Shown here: positions 1 through 10,448 of the stretch, in pieces | Numbering within the stretch: position 1 is the first letter of the stretch | How the letters are laid out: the number at the start of each line of letters is the position of its first letter | NCBI GenBank assembly: GCA_903844665.1 | Contig: CAIMUS010000059.1 | Location: forward strand, 12,814-44,813 | Length of the DNA: 32,000 bases | DNA from: an uncultured Pseudomonadota bacterium | GTDB taxonomy: Bacteria; Pseudomonadota; Gammaproteobacteria; Competibacterales; Competibacteraceae | Direction: 5' to 3' | Made by a program: the position numbers and the translations under genes | The notes under the pieces: model-generated | The model's input: only the letters and a program-made list of their open reading frames with translations | Databases searched by the model: none | What the model was told of the DNA's origin: nothing

Positions 1-1221
1 CCCGAAGATGCCGCGGCGCTGGCTGAACGGCTGGATGGCGGCGTGGCGCTGAAAATCCTGTCCGCCGGTATTACCAATCGCTCCGACGTGGGCGGCGTGG
101 CGCTGGCGCTGGAGGGACCGCAGGAGGTATTGACGGCGGCCGCCGCCATGCTCAAGCGAGTCCAGACCCTGGCCCCCACCGCCGTGATCGAAGGCTTTGC
201 GGTACAACCGATGCTGGCCCGGCGGGAGGCGTATGAAGTGGCTATCGGCGCGCGCACCGGACGCGGCTTCAAGGCGGGACCGGTACTGTTCTTCGGCCAT
301 GGCGGCGCCGAAGCCCAGGTCATCAATGATATCGCCTATGCGCTGCCTCCCTTGAATCTGCATTTGGCGCGGGAACTGATGGCGCGCACCCGGCTCTATT
401 CCCTGCTTAGCGCCAGTCCCGGCCGACCCGTCAATCTGGACGCCCTGGCGCTGACCTTGCTCAAAGTGTCGCAGATGGTCATCGACCTGGGTGAACTGGC
501 GGAACTGGATATCAATCCTCTTTGGGTCAACGCCGAGGGCGTGCTTGCCCTGAGCGCCCGCATCCGCATCGCCGCGGCGACTGGCCCTGCTACCGCGCGG
601 CTGGCCATTCAACCTTACCCCAAGGAGATGGAACAGCGCCTCACGCTGCCTGACGGATATACCCTCTTGCTGCGTCCTATCCTGCCTGAGGACGAGCCCG
701 CTCTCCAGGCGATGGTGCGGCGTATGCCCCCCGAGGACGTCCGCCTGCGCTTTTTCCAGCCCCTCAAGCAACTTTCCCCCGAACTGGCGGCACGCTTGAC
801 CCAACTGGACTATGATCGGGAGATGGCATTGGTGTTGACCGGACCGGGCGTGGCCGGCAAAGCCGATATCTGGGGCGTGGTCAGCTTGGTGGCCGATCCC
901 GATCTGGAGAAGGCCGAATACGCTATTATGATAGACCGCCGAATAGCCGGCCAGGGATTGGGTTCCCGGTTGATGCGGGAAATCATCGGGTACGCCGGAA
1001 AGCGTGGTGTCCGGGAAGTGTTTGGCGAGGTGCTACGGGAAAACGAGTCTATGCTCAAGATCAACCAGTCGCTGGGTTGCACCATCGAAAGCGATCCTGA
1101 TGAACCGGACGTCATGCATGTCAGCCTGCCTCTCGCCCATCACCGATATGGTTGGCAAAGTCCGGCCATGGGCAATCTGGAGTTTTCTGCTCAGGTTGAA
1201 TTGGAGGAGGCCGTGTCGTAA
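1..1221 (+). CDS. Acyl-CoA synthetase (NDP-forming)/GNAT acetyltransferase fusion, C-terminal part, 5' truncated by window edge
   Basis: Frame open from base 1 (PEDAAALAERLDGGVALK...). ATP-grasp-like region (ELAELDINPLWVNAEGVLALSARIRI) followed by GNAT domain (MIDRRIAGQGLGSRLMREIIGYAGKRGVREVFGEVLRENESMLKINQSLG). Confidence 0.85.
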   Translation, partial: PEDAAALAERLDGGVALKILSAGITNRSDVGGVALALEGPQEVLTAAAAMLKRVQTLAPTAVIEGFAVQPMLARREAYEVAIGARTGRGFKAGPVLFFGHGGAEAQVINDIAYALPPLNLHLARELMARTRLYSLLSASPGRPVNLDALALTLLKVSQMVIDLGELAELDINPLWVNAEGVLALSARIRIAAATGPATARLAIQPYPKEMEQRLTLPDGYTLLLRPILPEDEPALQAMVRRMPPEDVRLRFFQPLKQLSPELAARLTQLDYDREMALVLTGPGVAGKADIWGVVSLVADPDLEKAEYAIMIDRRIAGQGLGSRLMREIIGYAGKRGVREVFGEVLRENESMLKINQSLGCTIESDPDEPDVMHVSLPLAHHRYGWQSPAMGNLEFSAQVELEEAVS

Positions 1222-1441
1222 GGTTGGGTTTAGCCGGGTCGTGCCGCCGTGCGCGCTTAATAGCTTACAAAAACGCGCCAGTTGCTTGGCGCGAATCCTG
1301 AGAAATATAAACATAGCGGCCATCGGTCAAGGGCAAGCTCCCTGCGGTATTGTCCGTTTCATTTCGATTGCGATGGCATAGGATATACGTTTAACATCCC
1401 CCCTGGAGAATAGCAGCCTCGCAGACCCTTGAGAAAAAATT

Positions 1442-2218
1442 ATGACCGCATCGACCCCGGCTCTGGTCGTCGAAGATTTATACAAGCGCTTCGGCAGCGT
1501 GGAAGTGCTGAAGGGCATTTCCCTCACCGTGCCCGAAGGCGCCGTGATTTCCATACTCGGCTCGTCCGGCTCCGGCAAGAGCACTTTCCTGCGTTGCATC
1601 AATCTGTTGGAAACGCCGGATGCCGGCGCCGTGACGATGCACGGCGAAACCATCCGGATGCGCACCGACCGGCACGGCCAACGGGTAGCGGCGGATCACA
1701 AGCAAGTGGAGAGGCTTCGCTCCCGGCTCGCGATGGTGTTCCAGAGCTTCAATCTCTGGTCGCATATGACGGTGTTGCAGAATCTGATCGAGGCGCCGGT
1801 CCATGTGCTGAAAGTGCCGAAAAAACAAGCCATCGAGCGCGCCGAGGCGCTGTTGCACAAGGTCGGGATGTACGAGCGCAAGGATTATTATCCGGCCCAT
1901 ATCTCCGGCGGCCAGCAGCAGCGCGCCGCTATCGCCAGGGCGCTCGCCATGGAGCCGGAGGTGATGCTGTTCGATGAGCCGACCTCGGCTCTGGACCCGG
2001 AACTGGTCGGCGAAGTGCTCAAGGTCATGCACGATCTGGCCGCCGAAGGCCGCACCATGCTGGTCGTCACCCATGAAATCGGCTTTGCCCGCGAGGTTTC
2101 CTCGGAGGTCGTTTTCCTACACCAGGGACGGATAGAAGAACAGGGCTCGCCCGAACAGGCGCTGGGCAATCCCAAATCCGAGCGCTGTCGCCAGTTTTTA
2201 TCGGGCATACTGAAATGA
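1442..2218 (+). CDS. hisP: Polar amino acid ABC transporter ATP-binding protein, HisP/GlnQ family
   Basis: Walker [10 protein letters not shown], signature ISGGQQQR, Walker [14 protein letters not shown]. Operon context with HisJ/Q/M-like genes. Confidence 0.9.
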   Translation: MTASTPALVVEDLYKRFGSVEVLKGISLTVPEGAVISILGSSGSGKSTFLRCINLLETPDAGAVTMHGETIRMRTDRHGQRVAADHKQVERLRSRLAMVFQSFNLWSHMTVLQNLIEAPVHVLKVPKKQAIERAEALLHKVGMYERKDYYPAHISGGQQQRAAIARALAMEPEVMLFDEPTSALDPELVGEVLKVMHDLAAEGRTMLVVTHEIGFAREVSSEVVFLHQGRIEEQGSPEQALGNPKSERCRQFLSGILK

Positions 2219-2235
2219 ATTACCTACAGGTCGAA

Positions 2236-2258
2236 TTCGTGAGCAAGCTCGCTCCTAC
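2236..2258. repeat. REP-like sequence TTCGTGAGCAAGCTCGCTCCTAC
   Basis: Near-identical copies as an inverted pair at 25927-26004. Confidence 0.75.
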
Positions 2259-2300
2259 CGTTGAGACTAATCTTCATCCACCCTTCAGGAGGGCATTACC

Positions 2301-3080
2301 TTGAAAAAATTAGCCGCCGCGTTGTTCATGCTGGGCTTGGCGTTACTCACCGGCCAGATCCAGGCCAAGGAATGGAAAGAGGTTCGCATCGCCATCGAGG
2401 GCGCCTATCCTCCGTTCAGCACGGTCGATCAGGCCGGTAACTTGCAGGGTTTCGATGTCGATATCGCCAGGGCCCTGTGCGAGGCCATGAAGGTGCAGTG
2501 CAAGCTGGTGAAATCGGATTGGGATGGGATGATTCCCGGCCTGCTGGCGCGCAAGTTCGACGCCATCGTCTCGTCCATGTCGGCCACCGAGGAACGCAAG
2601 CAAGCCGTGGATTTCAGCAAAAAATACTATCAGGTCCCGGCCCGCTTCGTCCGCAAGAAGGGTTCCACTATCGAAATCACCCCGGAAAGACTGAAAGGCA
2701 AAACCATCGGGGTGCAGCGCGCCACCATCCATGACAAATACCTGAGCGACAATTATGGCGACATCGTCAAGATCAACCGCTATGACACCCAGGACGCGGC
2801 CAATCAGGATATGCTCGCCGGTCGGGTGGATCTGCTGCTGGCGGATTACACCGCTCTTCTGGATGGCTTTCTCAATACGCCCGCCGGCAAGGATTTCGAG
2901 CTCGTCGGTCCACCGCTGACCGATCCCAAGTGGTTCGGCGAAGGCGTGGCGGTGGCCGTGCGCAAGCAGGATAAGGACCTGCGCGAGCTGTTCAACAAGG
3001 CCATCGACACCATCCGCGCCGACGGGACTTATAAGAAGATTCAGGATAAGTACTTCGATTTCGACATTTACGGCCAGTAA
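2301..3080 (+). CDS. Periplasmic amino acid-binding protein (Lys/Arg/Orn/His type, SBP family 3)
   Basis: Signal peptide MKKLAAALFMLGLALLTGQIQA. EGAYPPFSTVDQAGNLQGFDVDIARALCEAM motif and GTKYKKIQDKYF-like C-terminus (GTYKKIQDKYFDFDIYG). Confidence 0.9.
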   Translation: MKKLAAALFMLGLALLTGQIQAKEWKEVRIAIEGAYPPFSTVDQAGNLQGFDVDIARALCEAMKVQCKLVKSDWDGMIPGLLARKFDAIVSSMSATEERKQAVDFSKKYYQVPARFVRKKGSTIEITPERLKGKTIGVQRATIHDKYLSDNYGDIVKINRYDTQDAANQDMLAGRVDLLLADYTALLDGFLNTPAGKDFELVGPPLTDPKWFGEGVAVAVRKQDKDLRELFNKAIDTIRADGTYKKIQDKYFDFDIYGQ

Positions 3081-3196
3081 TGGCCAGTAGGGGCGGTTCG
3101 CGAACCGCCCCTACTTCGATTTCGACATTTACGGCCAGTAATGGCCAGTGGGGCGGTTCGCGAACCGTCTAGGGGCGGTTCGCGAACCGCCCCTAC
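3051..3196. repeat. Tandem duplication of gene tail plus palindromic REP-like GTAGGGGCGGTTCGCGAACCGCCCCTAC
   Basis: Perfect 28-bp palindrome at 3087-3114, further copies at 3150-3167 and 3170-3196. TACTTCGATTTCGACATTTACGGCCAGTAATGGCCAGT is present at 3051-3088 and 3112-3149 (period 61 bp). Confidence 0.9.
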
Positions 3197-3212
3197 TAAA
3201 GACATAAACCTC

Positions 3213-3911
3213 ATGTTCGATCTATACGGTTACGGTTTCAGTATTCTGGAAGGCGCCTGGCTTACCCTGCAGGTGGGGCTGTTGTCGCTGGCGCTCTCCG
3301 TGGCGCTTGGCATGCTCGGCGCCCTGGCCAAACTGTCCCGCTCCCGCATGGCCCGGCTGGCGGCCTCGTTCTACACCACCCTGATCCGGGGCATCCCCGA
3401 TCTGGTGCTGATGCTGCTGTTGTTTTACGGCGGTCAGGTATTGGTCAATGCCATGGCCCAGGCGGTCGGCTACGAGGGCTACATTGATGTCGATCCCTTC
3501 GTGGCCGGCGTCCTGACCATCGGCTTTATCTTCGGCGCTTATATGACCGAGACCTTCCGGGGCGCCATCCTGGCCGTGCCATCAGGCCAGTTGGAGGCCG
3601 GGTACGCCTATGGCATGAGCCGCGGGCTGGCGTTTCGGCGTATCCTGCTGCCGCAGATGATCCGTCATGCCCTGCCCGGCTTCGGCAACAACTGGCTGGT
3701 GCTGTTGAAAGCGACCGCGCTGGTCTCGATCATCGGCCTGGACGATATGGTCCGTAAAGCCTATCTGGCCGCCGGGGCAACGCACCAGCCGTTCACGTTT
3801 TATCTGGCCGTCGCTCTGGTGTTCCTGGCCTTTACCACCCTGTCCGTGATTCTGCTGCGCTGGGCGGAGCGCCGTTACAGCCTCGGCTTCGAGCAGGAGA
3901 TCAAGCCGTGA
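3213..3911 (+). CDS. hisQ: Amino acid ABC transporter permease, HisQ-like
   Basis: Permease with EAA-like loop (QLEAGYAYGMSRGLAFRRILLPQMIRHALPGFGNNWLVLLKATALVSIIGLDD). Start moved to ATG 3213 because ORF-track start 3141 lies in the repeat. Confidence 0.88.
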   Translation: MFDLYGYGFSILEGAWLTLQVGLLSLALSVALGMLGALAKLSRSRMARLAASFYTTLIRGIPDLVLMLLLFYGGQVLVNAMAQAVGYEGYIDVDPFVAGVLTIGFIFGAYMTETFRGAILAVPSGQLEAGYAYGMSRGLAFRRILLPQMIRHALPGFGNNWLVLLKATALVSIIGLDDMVRKAYLAAGATHQPFTFYLAVALVFLAFTTLSVILLRWAERRYSLGFEQEIKP

Positions 3912-4600
3912 ATTTCGGCATCATTCTCGACAACCTCAATTTATATTGGCAGGGTCTGCTGCTTACGGTGCAACTGACCGTGCTTTCGCTGGGACTGGGG
4001 CTGGGACTGGCGATTCCCTTGAGCATCGTGGCCAATTCCGGCAATGGCCTGGCGCGGGGTCTGGTGTTCGGCTACAGCTATTTTTTCCGGGGCACCCCGC
4101 TGCTGGTGCAGATTTACCTGATCTATTTCGGCACCGGTCAATTCGAAGGAATTCGTGACAGCATACTCTGGCCGGCTTTAAGTCAGGCGTATTGGTGCGC
4201 CCTGATCGCCTTTGCCCTGAATACGGGCGCGTATACGACGGAAATTCTGCGGGGCGCCATCAAGTCGACGCCCAGAGGTGAAATCGAAGCCGCCAGAGCG
4301 GTCGGCATGTCCACGGCGATGATGTACCGGCGGATTATCCTGCCGAGCGCCTTTCGTCGGGCCTTGCCGGCCTATGGCAATGAAATGATTTTCATGCTGC
4401 AAGGCACTTCGCTGGCCAGCGTGATCACTCTGGTGGATCTGACCGGCGCGGCCCGTATCGTCAATTCCCGATATTACAGCCCTTATGAAGCCTTTATCAC
4501 GGCGGGCCTGCTGTATATGGCGCTGACCTTTACGATTGTAATGCTGGTCAAATGGCTGGAGCGGCATTGGTTTGCTTATTTACGGCCGCGGGAAGGGTAG
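3908..4600 (+). CDS. hisM: Amino acid ABC transporter permease, HisM-like
   Basis: IEAARAVGMSTAMMYRRIILPSAFRRALPAYGNEMIFMLQGTSLASVITLVDLTG. Start overlaps HisQ stop by 4 nt. Confidence 0.88.
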   Translation: MNFGIILDNLNLYWQGLLLTVQLTVLSLGLGLGLAIPLSIVANSGNGLARGLVFGYSYFFRGTPLLVQIYLIYFGTGQFEGIRDSILWPALSQAYWCALIAFALNTGAYTTEILRGAIKSTPRGEIEAARAVGMSTAMMYRRIILPSAFRRALPAYGNEMIFMLQGTSLASVITLVDLTGAARIVNSRYYSPYEAFITAGLLYMALTFTIVMLVKWLERHWFAYLRPREG

Positions 4601-4708
4601 CGGATAGCAAGCGTGGCCTGGGTAAACTTTGAAAAGCCGCGTAGGATCGGTAGAGCGCAGCGAAACCCATCTCAACTCAGGTGTAGATGTCAGAAGGCAA
4701 AACCATTC

Positions 4709-4739
4709 GGCGGAATACGGCCTCACGGCCTATTCCGCC
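4709..4739. repeat. Palindromic intergenic repeat/hairpin, possible terminator for tatA
   Basis: GGCGGAATAcGGCC-TCAC-GGCCTATTCCGCC stem-loop. Confidence 0.6.
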
Positions 4740-4794
4740 CTACGGCTTAAACTCCATCGGCGTCACCAATGGCCAAGTTGCTGCCTTGGCCATC

Positions 4795-5049
4795 TCAACC
4801 GCCGGTTTTATCCGAAGCAGCGGTTTCTTTGGCCGGAGCATCGGCGGGTTTGACGTGGACTTCCGGCGAGGCGGAGGTATTCGGCAGGGCGTTGGTGGCG
4901 GACTCGTCTTCCTTCATGGATTTGCGAAAATCCTTGATCGCGCCGCCTAGATCCTTGCCCAGGGTACTCAGTTTCTTGGAGCCGAATAACAGAAAAACAA
5001 TCAGCAGAATCAGCAGTAATTCTGGAAAACCTATACCGCTCAGACCCAT
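4795..5049 (-). CDS. tatA: Twin-arginine translocase subunit TatA/TatE
   Basis: [41 protein letters not shown]: TM helix, FG hinge and amphipathic helix typical of TatA. Confidence 0.88.
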   Translation of the reverse strand: MGLSGIGFPELLLILLIVFLLFGSKKLSTLGKDLGGAIKDFRKSMKEDESATNALPNTSASPEVHVKPADAPAKETAASDKTGG

Positions 5050-5140
5050 GGTCGTGTCTCCGGTCGATAATCAAAGATGGCGTATGTTAACCGCAAAGCT
5101 CCAGCAGCAACAGGGGGGCGCTGCCGATAATCCATGGCGC

Positions 5141-8100
5141 TCAATTCCCTCTGGCAGCGCCGGGCGCCGCCTTTAACGGCGCCGTAACCGCCGGTCCTAC
5201 CGCTGGCGGCGGGGCGGCCGCCATGCCCGGCGGCCATCCCTTGATATGCAGATCCCATTGCGGATAGGGAATCTCGATGCTGGCCTGTCTGAGGCTGTCC
5301 CAGATCATGAACAGGATGCTGGCGCGCACTTTCAGCATGCTGGACTCACGCAGATCGGTGTGGTACTGCACGCGGAACTGCACCGCCGATTCGCCGAAGT
5401 CCCATAACAGCACCGCCCATTCCGGCTTATCCAGCACATCCGGATGACTTTCCAGAACCTGCTCCAGCAGCCCCTGTACCTGGTGAGGATCGGCTTTATA
5501 ACTGACGCCGATAGTCAATACGGTACGCATGATGTTGTCGCTGTGGGTCCAGTTGATAAAGGCGTTGGTGACCACCTCGGAGTTGGGAATGATCACCTCC
5601 TGGCTGTCCCAGGTTTTCATAATCACCGAACGCATGCCGATGCGGGTGACTTCACCGGTGTATTTGCCGATTTCCACGATATCGCCGCTGCGCAGCGGCC
5701 GCTCCACCAACAGCATCAGACCGCTGATGAAGTTATTGGCGATAGCCTGCATCCCGAAGCCGATGCCCACGCCGACGGCGCCGGCGAACACCGTCAGGGT
5801 GGTCAGATCCAGGCCCAGCAGCCGCAGGACGAGCAATATGCCGATCAGCACGATCAGGTACTGAGTAAAGACCGACAGGCTGTGGCGCGCCCCCAGATCG
5901 GTGATGCGGGAGAATATCCACCGGTAGGTAACGGCCCGGCTCCATTGCCCGAGCCAGATGACTCCCAGGAAGGTCGCCACCGTGACCAGGATAAGCCAGA
6001 GGTTGATAGTGGCGCCGCCCACGGTGAACAGAGGACATTCCAGCAGCGCCCAGAGATCGGCGAGCAGGGTCACGTCCCCATAGCCGCCGTAGAGCGCGAA
6101 CAGTGTCGCCCAGGCGCCTACGATCAGGATCAGATTCAGGATATTGTGCAGCGGCTTGATGATGTCCTGGGTCCATAACAAGCCATATTCCGAATGGGTG
6201 ACGGCGTAGTTCTTCAGCATCACCACCAGATCGTTCAGCAACCCCCGGACGATCAACCAGGCCAGCAGCACGCCGCCGAAGATCAACGAATGCCAGACTA
6301 CCGACCAAGCCAGGTTGCGGTAACCGATCAGCCCCAGCAGCGAAGCCGCCAGCAGAGACAAGGGCAGCAGCAGGCTGATCAGCCGCAGGTTCAGCAGCCA
6401 GAACTGCCGCTCGGGGTAACGCTCCGCCAGCAATCCCAGGAAGAACCGTCTGACCCACAGCAGGCGCACGAGCACCAGCAGCCAATAAACCATGAACAGG
6501 CGGTCGAATACGCCGGTGACCGCCTTCGGTAGGGCGCTGAGATGGGCCAGAATGATAACCGCCGTCAGCAGGCTGCCGAACAGCAAAATCCAGAATATCT
6601 GCCGGTACAACTGGGGGTGGCGTGCTTCGTCCGGCAGCTTGGGCGAGGCCAGCAGTTGCCAGGCCAGGTCGATAGGCAGCTTGATGCCCACCCCGAGCAA
6701 CAGCAGCGTGCCGATGATCCCCAGTCCCGGCTGGGGGATTTGCAACAGCCACAGCGCCGGCAGCAGCAGCGCCGCCAGCACCAGGCCCACCCGATTCTGG
6801 CGCAGCAGCTTCGACAGGAGTTGCCCGGCCTTGAGCAGAAAGCTATCGCTCTGTTGCTGTTCGCCTTTGGCGAGCCGGCGCTGCAGATAGCGCCAGCCCC
6901 AGGCCAGCACCAGCACCAGTCCCGCTTCCAGCGCCACCAGACTTGCCCATTGGCGGGGGCCGGCCTGCTGCAGGGCTTTGCCGACGGATTCCAGGCTCAG
7001 GAGAGTCTGATGGAGCAGGACTCCCGGTGCGCCCAGCAGGCCATCCAGCAGGGTCTGCCATTCTTCGCTGGTGACCGGTGGTGCTTCCCAGGCCAGCAGA
7101 TCCTGGCTCAAGCGGTCTTTATAGACGGTCTCCAGCCGCTGCTGGGTAGTGGCGACTTTGCTCTGCCGCTGCTGCAGGCGTTCCAAATATTTGTTCGACT
7201 CGGCCAATAAGCCATCGACCACGCCGGTCTCTTCAGCGCGAAAGCGGTTATCCGCGCCGGTCAATCCTTCGCGCCGCTCGATCGCCTGCTTCTGTTGAGT
7301 GAACAACTCGATCCGGCGTTGCAACAATGCCTCTCTATCCTGCAAGCCGGTGCGCATATTGCCCAGCTTCTTCAGACCTTCCTGCAAGACCTTGGGGTCT
7401 ACATCGGTCTTGGCGGCCAGCCCTTCCCAGTTGGCCAGTTCATCGTCCAACCGAGATAAAGAGCCCCCCAGCCGGAGCAATTTGGCCTTTTCCTCGGCAG
7501 CGCCCAAGCTGGTTTCCAGCAGCAGGCGCTGCGCTTCGGATAGTTTTTCGCCCTCCCGCTGCAACCGGTTGCGCAGTTCGGCGGCTTTATCCAATTGCGC
7601 CTGTTGCTCCTTTTCCAGGCGCACCACCAAATCCTGCTGCGCTTCCAGGCGGGTTTGTTCCTGTTGCAGGCGGAAGACCTCTTCGACCCGGGACTGCCAT
7701 TGCTGCGCCAGGGACAGGCTTTGAGCGACCAGCGCCAGGCGATCCTGGAAATTGGCCAGGCTCTGATTTGCCAGTTCCAACTCGGTGCGTACCTGCGCCA
7801 GCGCCTGCCGGGTCTGCTCCAGTTGCCCCTCGCGGAGGGCGCCCTCGGTGTTATTGTTCTTATTGGCGGGATTTTGCAGCAACTGCTCCTGCGCCTCCAA
7901 CTCCTTGAGTGTCTGTGCCTGGGCCTGAATCTGGCGTTCCGTGCTGCTGATACCGGCCTGCAAATCATCCCGTCGCAACTGCATCACGTTGGTGTCGAGA
8001 CGGGCTTTTTCCAAAATTGTATCGGTAACTTGGCCCACCTGCAGGGCTTGCAGTTTGGCCGGCAGCTCGGCGCCCCAGGTTTGCAGTTCCTGGCGCTGAC

Positions 8101-8284
8101 GGTCGGTTTCGGCCTTTTCTTCCGCCAGAGTCCGGCGGTGCGCCTGTTGCCGTTCCGCGGTTTTCGCCGGATCCAGCGGCAAAGGGGCAATGGCCTGGGT
8201 GTCCTGGGCGGGAACCGTCCCCGCCGCCAGCAGGCCAACTAACAGGGCGAGCACGATCCCGCCGCGTTGCAGAGAAACAATCAT
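5141..8284 (-). CDS. Large mechanosensitive channel, MscK/KefA-like
   Basis: Long periplasmic coiled-coil N-terminus after signal peptide, multiple TMs, then MscS core GVGIGFGMQAIANNFISGLMLLVERPLRSGDIVEIG. ORF track starts at 8308; internal ATG 8284 gives a better signal peptide. Confidence 0.88.
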   Translation of the reverse strand: MIVSLQRGGIVLALLVGLLAAGTVPAQDTQAIAPLPLDPAKTAERQQAHRRTLAEEKAETDRQRQELQTWGAELPAKLQALQVGQVTDTILEKARLDTNVMQLRRDDLQAGISSTERQIQAQAQTLKELEAQEQLLQNPANKNNNTEGALREGQLEQTRQALAQVRTELELANQSLANFQDRLALVAQSLSLAQQWQSRVEEVFRLQQEQTRLEAQQDLVVRLEKEQQAQLDKAAELRNRLQREGEKLSEAQRLLLETSLGAAEEKAKLLRLGGSLSRLDDELANWEGLAAKTDVDPKVLQEGLKKLGNMRTGLQDREALLQRRIELFTQQKQAIERREGLTGADNRFRAEETGVVDGLLAESNKYLERLQQRQSKVATTQQRLETVYKDRLSQDLLAWEAPPVTSEEWQTLLDGLLGAPGVLLHQTLLSLESVGKALQQAGPRQWASLVALEAGLVLVLAWGWRYLQRRLAKGEQQQSDSFLLKAGQLLSKLLRQNRVGLVLAALLLPALWLLQIPQPGLGIIGTLLLLGVGIKLPIDLAWQLLASPKLPDEARHPQLYRQIFWILLFGSLLTAVIILAHLSALPKAVTGVFDRLFMVYWLLVLVRLLWVRRFFLGLLAERYPERQFWLLNLRLISLLLPLSLLAASLLGLIGYRNLAWSVVWHSLIFGGVLLAWLIVRGLLNDLVVMLKNYAVTHSEYGLLWTQDIIKPLHNILNLILIVGAWATLFALYGGYGDVTLLADLWALLECPLFTVGGATINLWLILVTVATFLGVIWLGQWSRAVTYRWIFSRITDLGARHSLSVFTQYLIVLIGILLVLRLLGLDLTTLTVFAGAVGVGIGFGMQAIANNFISGLMLLVERPLRSGDIVEIGKYTGEVTRIGMRSVIMKTWDSQEVIIPNSEVVTNAFINWTHSDNIMRTVLTIGVSYKADPHQVQGLLEQVLESHPDVLDKPEWAVLLWDFGESAVQFRVQYHTDLRESSMLKVRASILFMIWDSLRQASIEIPYPQWDLHIKGWPPGMAAAPPPAVGPAVTAPLKAAPGAARGN

Positions 8285-8528
8285 GGCTATCTCGTAGTAC
8301 CGGCGCAATTTCGCCGCAATGCCTTCCGGCGCAAGGACTGGAAAGAATCGCCTGTGAATCCGCCGAACCCTGTCTCCGGTCGAAGATTAATGGTAAGCTT
8401 GCGCACCGGCAGCACTGCCGGAACTTATTAGCAGACCTCTACACTTTTGCCGCTGGCCTGGATGCCGCGAACAGGATCGGCTCTCTCCGGTCGATCCTTA
8501 CCGTTACTCTTACCATCACCTCTTAACT

Positions 8529-9854
8529 ATGTCGATCAGATGTAAGCAATCCCGGCCATGGCTGTTGGCCGTGGCTGGCTGGCTATTGGCGTGGGCTGGT
8601 GTGGGAAGCGCCCTGTCGGCGCCTGCCGCCAGCGATCAGGAAGCCGCTTTTCAGTCCGCCCTGCAATATACCGTTAAAATCCGCTCCAGTGTGGAAATCC
8701 CCTTCGCCGGCGATGACAAAGGCACGGTCGAAGGCGCCGGTTTTCTGGTGGATCGGGAGCGGCGTTGGCTGCTGACCAATGCCCACGTCGTCTCCCGCTC
8801 GGCGTCGCGGGTGGAAGCGGCTTTCAAGGGCGGCCAATTTTTCCCGGTGCGCAAGGTCTACGTGGACCCCTATCTGGATTTGGCCGTGCTGGAAATCCCT
8901 CCCAGGCATCTGCCGGATAAGGCCAGCGTCGCCAACTTGCAGTGTGCCGATACGCCGCCGGTGGGTCATCCCGTGGGGGCGTTCGGCCATCCCTGGAACC
9001 TCTCTTATACCGGCACCCGCGGCATCGTATCGGGGCTGACGGTGCGCGCCGGCACCGAATGGTTGCAGACCGATGCCGCTCTGAACAACGGTAATTCCGG
9101 TGGCCCGTTGATCAGCCTGATCAACGGCCAGGTCGTGGGTATCAACACGGCCATGCTGGGTCTGCAAAACACGGAGAATCTCAATTTCGCCGTGCCGATG
9201 AAGTATGCCTGCAGGATTCTCGACTTGCTCCGCGAGGGTAAGGATCCTTCGCCGCCGGAGTTACCCGTGGTGTTTTTCGAAGACGACGGCGACAACGACG
9301 AACTTAAGGTGGCGGCGGCCTATTTCGAGGGAGAAGCCGCGCCGTTGCAGGCAGGCGATGTGATCCAGGGGGTGACGGATCAGCCCGGTCCTGTCAAAAA
9401 CGCAACCCAGTTGATCAATGCGCTACGGGGGCATCAGGAGGAAACCACCCTATCGATTCTCCGGGACGGCAAGGCGATGACGGTCAAGGCGCATTTCAAG
9501 CCCAGACCGTCGGTGCTGCAGCGCCAGGGACTTTATCTGGCCGGGATGCTGATTGCGTCTCCGGGTTTTCGGGACGAGGCGGAAGCCAATCTGGGCAAGC
9601 TGCTGGCCGTGCATTATGTCGTCGATGGTTCGCCGGCCAGCGCCCAGGGATTACAGCTTTGGGATATGATCAAATCGGTCGATGGCAGGCCGTTTCATGA
9701 TATCGATGCCCTGTTGTCCTACCTGAACCAGAGGAACCGGCCGGTGCGGGTCGTGATCAAGCGCCTGTCGGAAGCCAATGACAACATCTATGAATACCAT
9801 GAGTTCGAGTTGCCGGTGGAAGACCTGAAGCTCATCGGGGTGGAAAAGCCATAG
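8529..9854 (+). CDS. Trypsin-like serine protease with C-terminal PDZ-like region (HtrA/DegP-like)
   Basis: LLTNAHVV (His), DPYLDLAVLEI (Asp), NNGNSGGPLI (Ser). Confidence 0.85.
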   Translation: MSIRCKQSRPWLLAVAGWLLAWAGVGSALSAPAASDQEAAFQSALQYTVKIRSSVEIPFAGDDKGTVEGAGFLVDRERRWLLTNAHVVSRSASRVEAAFKGGQFFPVRKVYVDPYLDLAVLEIPPRHLPDKASVANLQCADTPPVGHPVGAFGHPWNLSYTGTRGIVSGLTVRAGTEWLQTDAALNNGNSGGPLISLINGQVVGINTAMLGLQNTENLNFAVPMKYACRILDLLREGKDPSPPELPVVFFEDDGDNDELKVAAAYFEGEAAPLQAGDVIQGVTDQPGPVKNATQLINALRGHQEETTLSILRDGKAMTVKAHFKPRPSVLQRQGLYLAGMLIASPGFRDEAEANLGKLLAVHYVVDGSPASAQGLQLWDMIKSVDGRPFHDIDALLSYLNQRNRPVRVVIKRLSEANDNIYEYHEFELPVEDLKLIGVEKP

Positions 9855-9907
9855 CGAAGCACGGAACTTTAGCGGCGATCGGGCTGTCATAAAGCCGTCA
9901 GATTTCA

Positions 9908-10263
9908 GGGGGCGACCCGGGCTCGACGTGGATCGCGAAACCTGAGGTGCATGCCGAGGAGGCAACTGGGCCTCGTAAAAAAAGTTGCAAACCAATAGTT
10001 GCCAACGACGACAACTACGCACTGGCTGCTTAGTCGCGGCCAGCCTCTGACTGAAACTGGCTTATGAGGTTCAGTATCAGGGGTCGATTAACATAAGCTC
10101 GCGAGGAGGCAAGTCCGGAGCCGAATCGCTAAAACCTTACGGAACCGCCGTTGCCCGCCCTGCGCGTCGGGTTGGCCACGGTTAAAGTAAAGACGACGCT
10201 AAGCATGTAGTACCAAGGGCGGAGGATTTGCGGACGGGGGTTCAATTCCCCCCGCCTCCACCA
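9908..10263 (+). ncRNA. ssrA: tmRNA
   Basis: 5' GGGGGCG pairs with 3' CGCCTCC before ACCA. T-arm GGGGGTTCAATTCCCCC. Tag ORF GCCAACGACGACAACTACGCACTGGCTGCTTAG at 10001-10033 encodes ANDDNYALAA*. Confidence 0.96.
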
Positions 10264-10270
10264 ATATTCA

Positions 10271-10299
10271 AGGCTCGGAAAATCTCCGGGCCTTTTTTC
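10271..10299 (+). terminator. Rho-independent terminator downstream of ssrA
   Basis: aGGCTCGG-aaaatct-CCGGGCC followed by TTTTTT. Confidence 0.8.
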
Positions 10300-10448
10300 T
10301 GCCCGCAAAACGCCAAGTCACGTCGGGTTTCGCTGGTCTGGCCTGCGGGTGACATCGCCCCCACCAGCAAGGGGCGCGGAGCCACGAACCTGCTTGTCTG
10401 CCATTCATGACCTGATCCTGTTGTTGATCACCAGCAATCCGCAACTGG

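Noticed and set aside
3141-3212. Upstream start (3141) for the HisQ-like permease
   Set aside because: This stretch is the duplicated palindromic repeat. ATG 3213 gives a normal permease N-terminus.
5444-7908. Several long ORFs antisense or out of frame within the MscK-like gene (5444..6178, 5733..6752, 6542..7210, 7327..7908)
   Set aside because: High-GC shadow ORFs; low-complexity Arg/Gln/His/Pro composition and no recognisable domain, while the 5141..8284 frame has clear MscS features.
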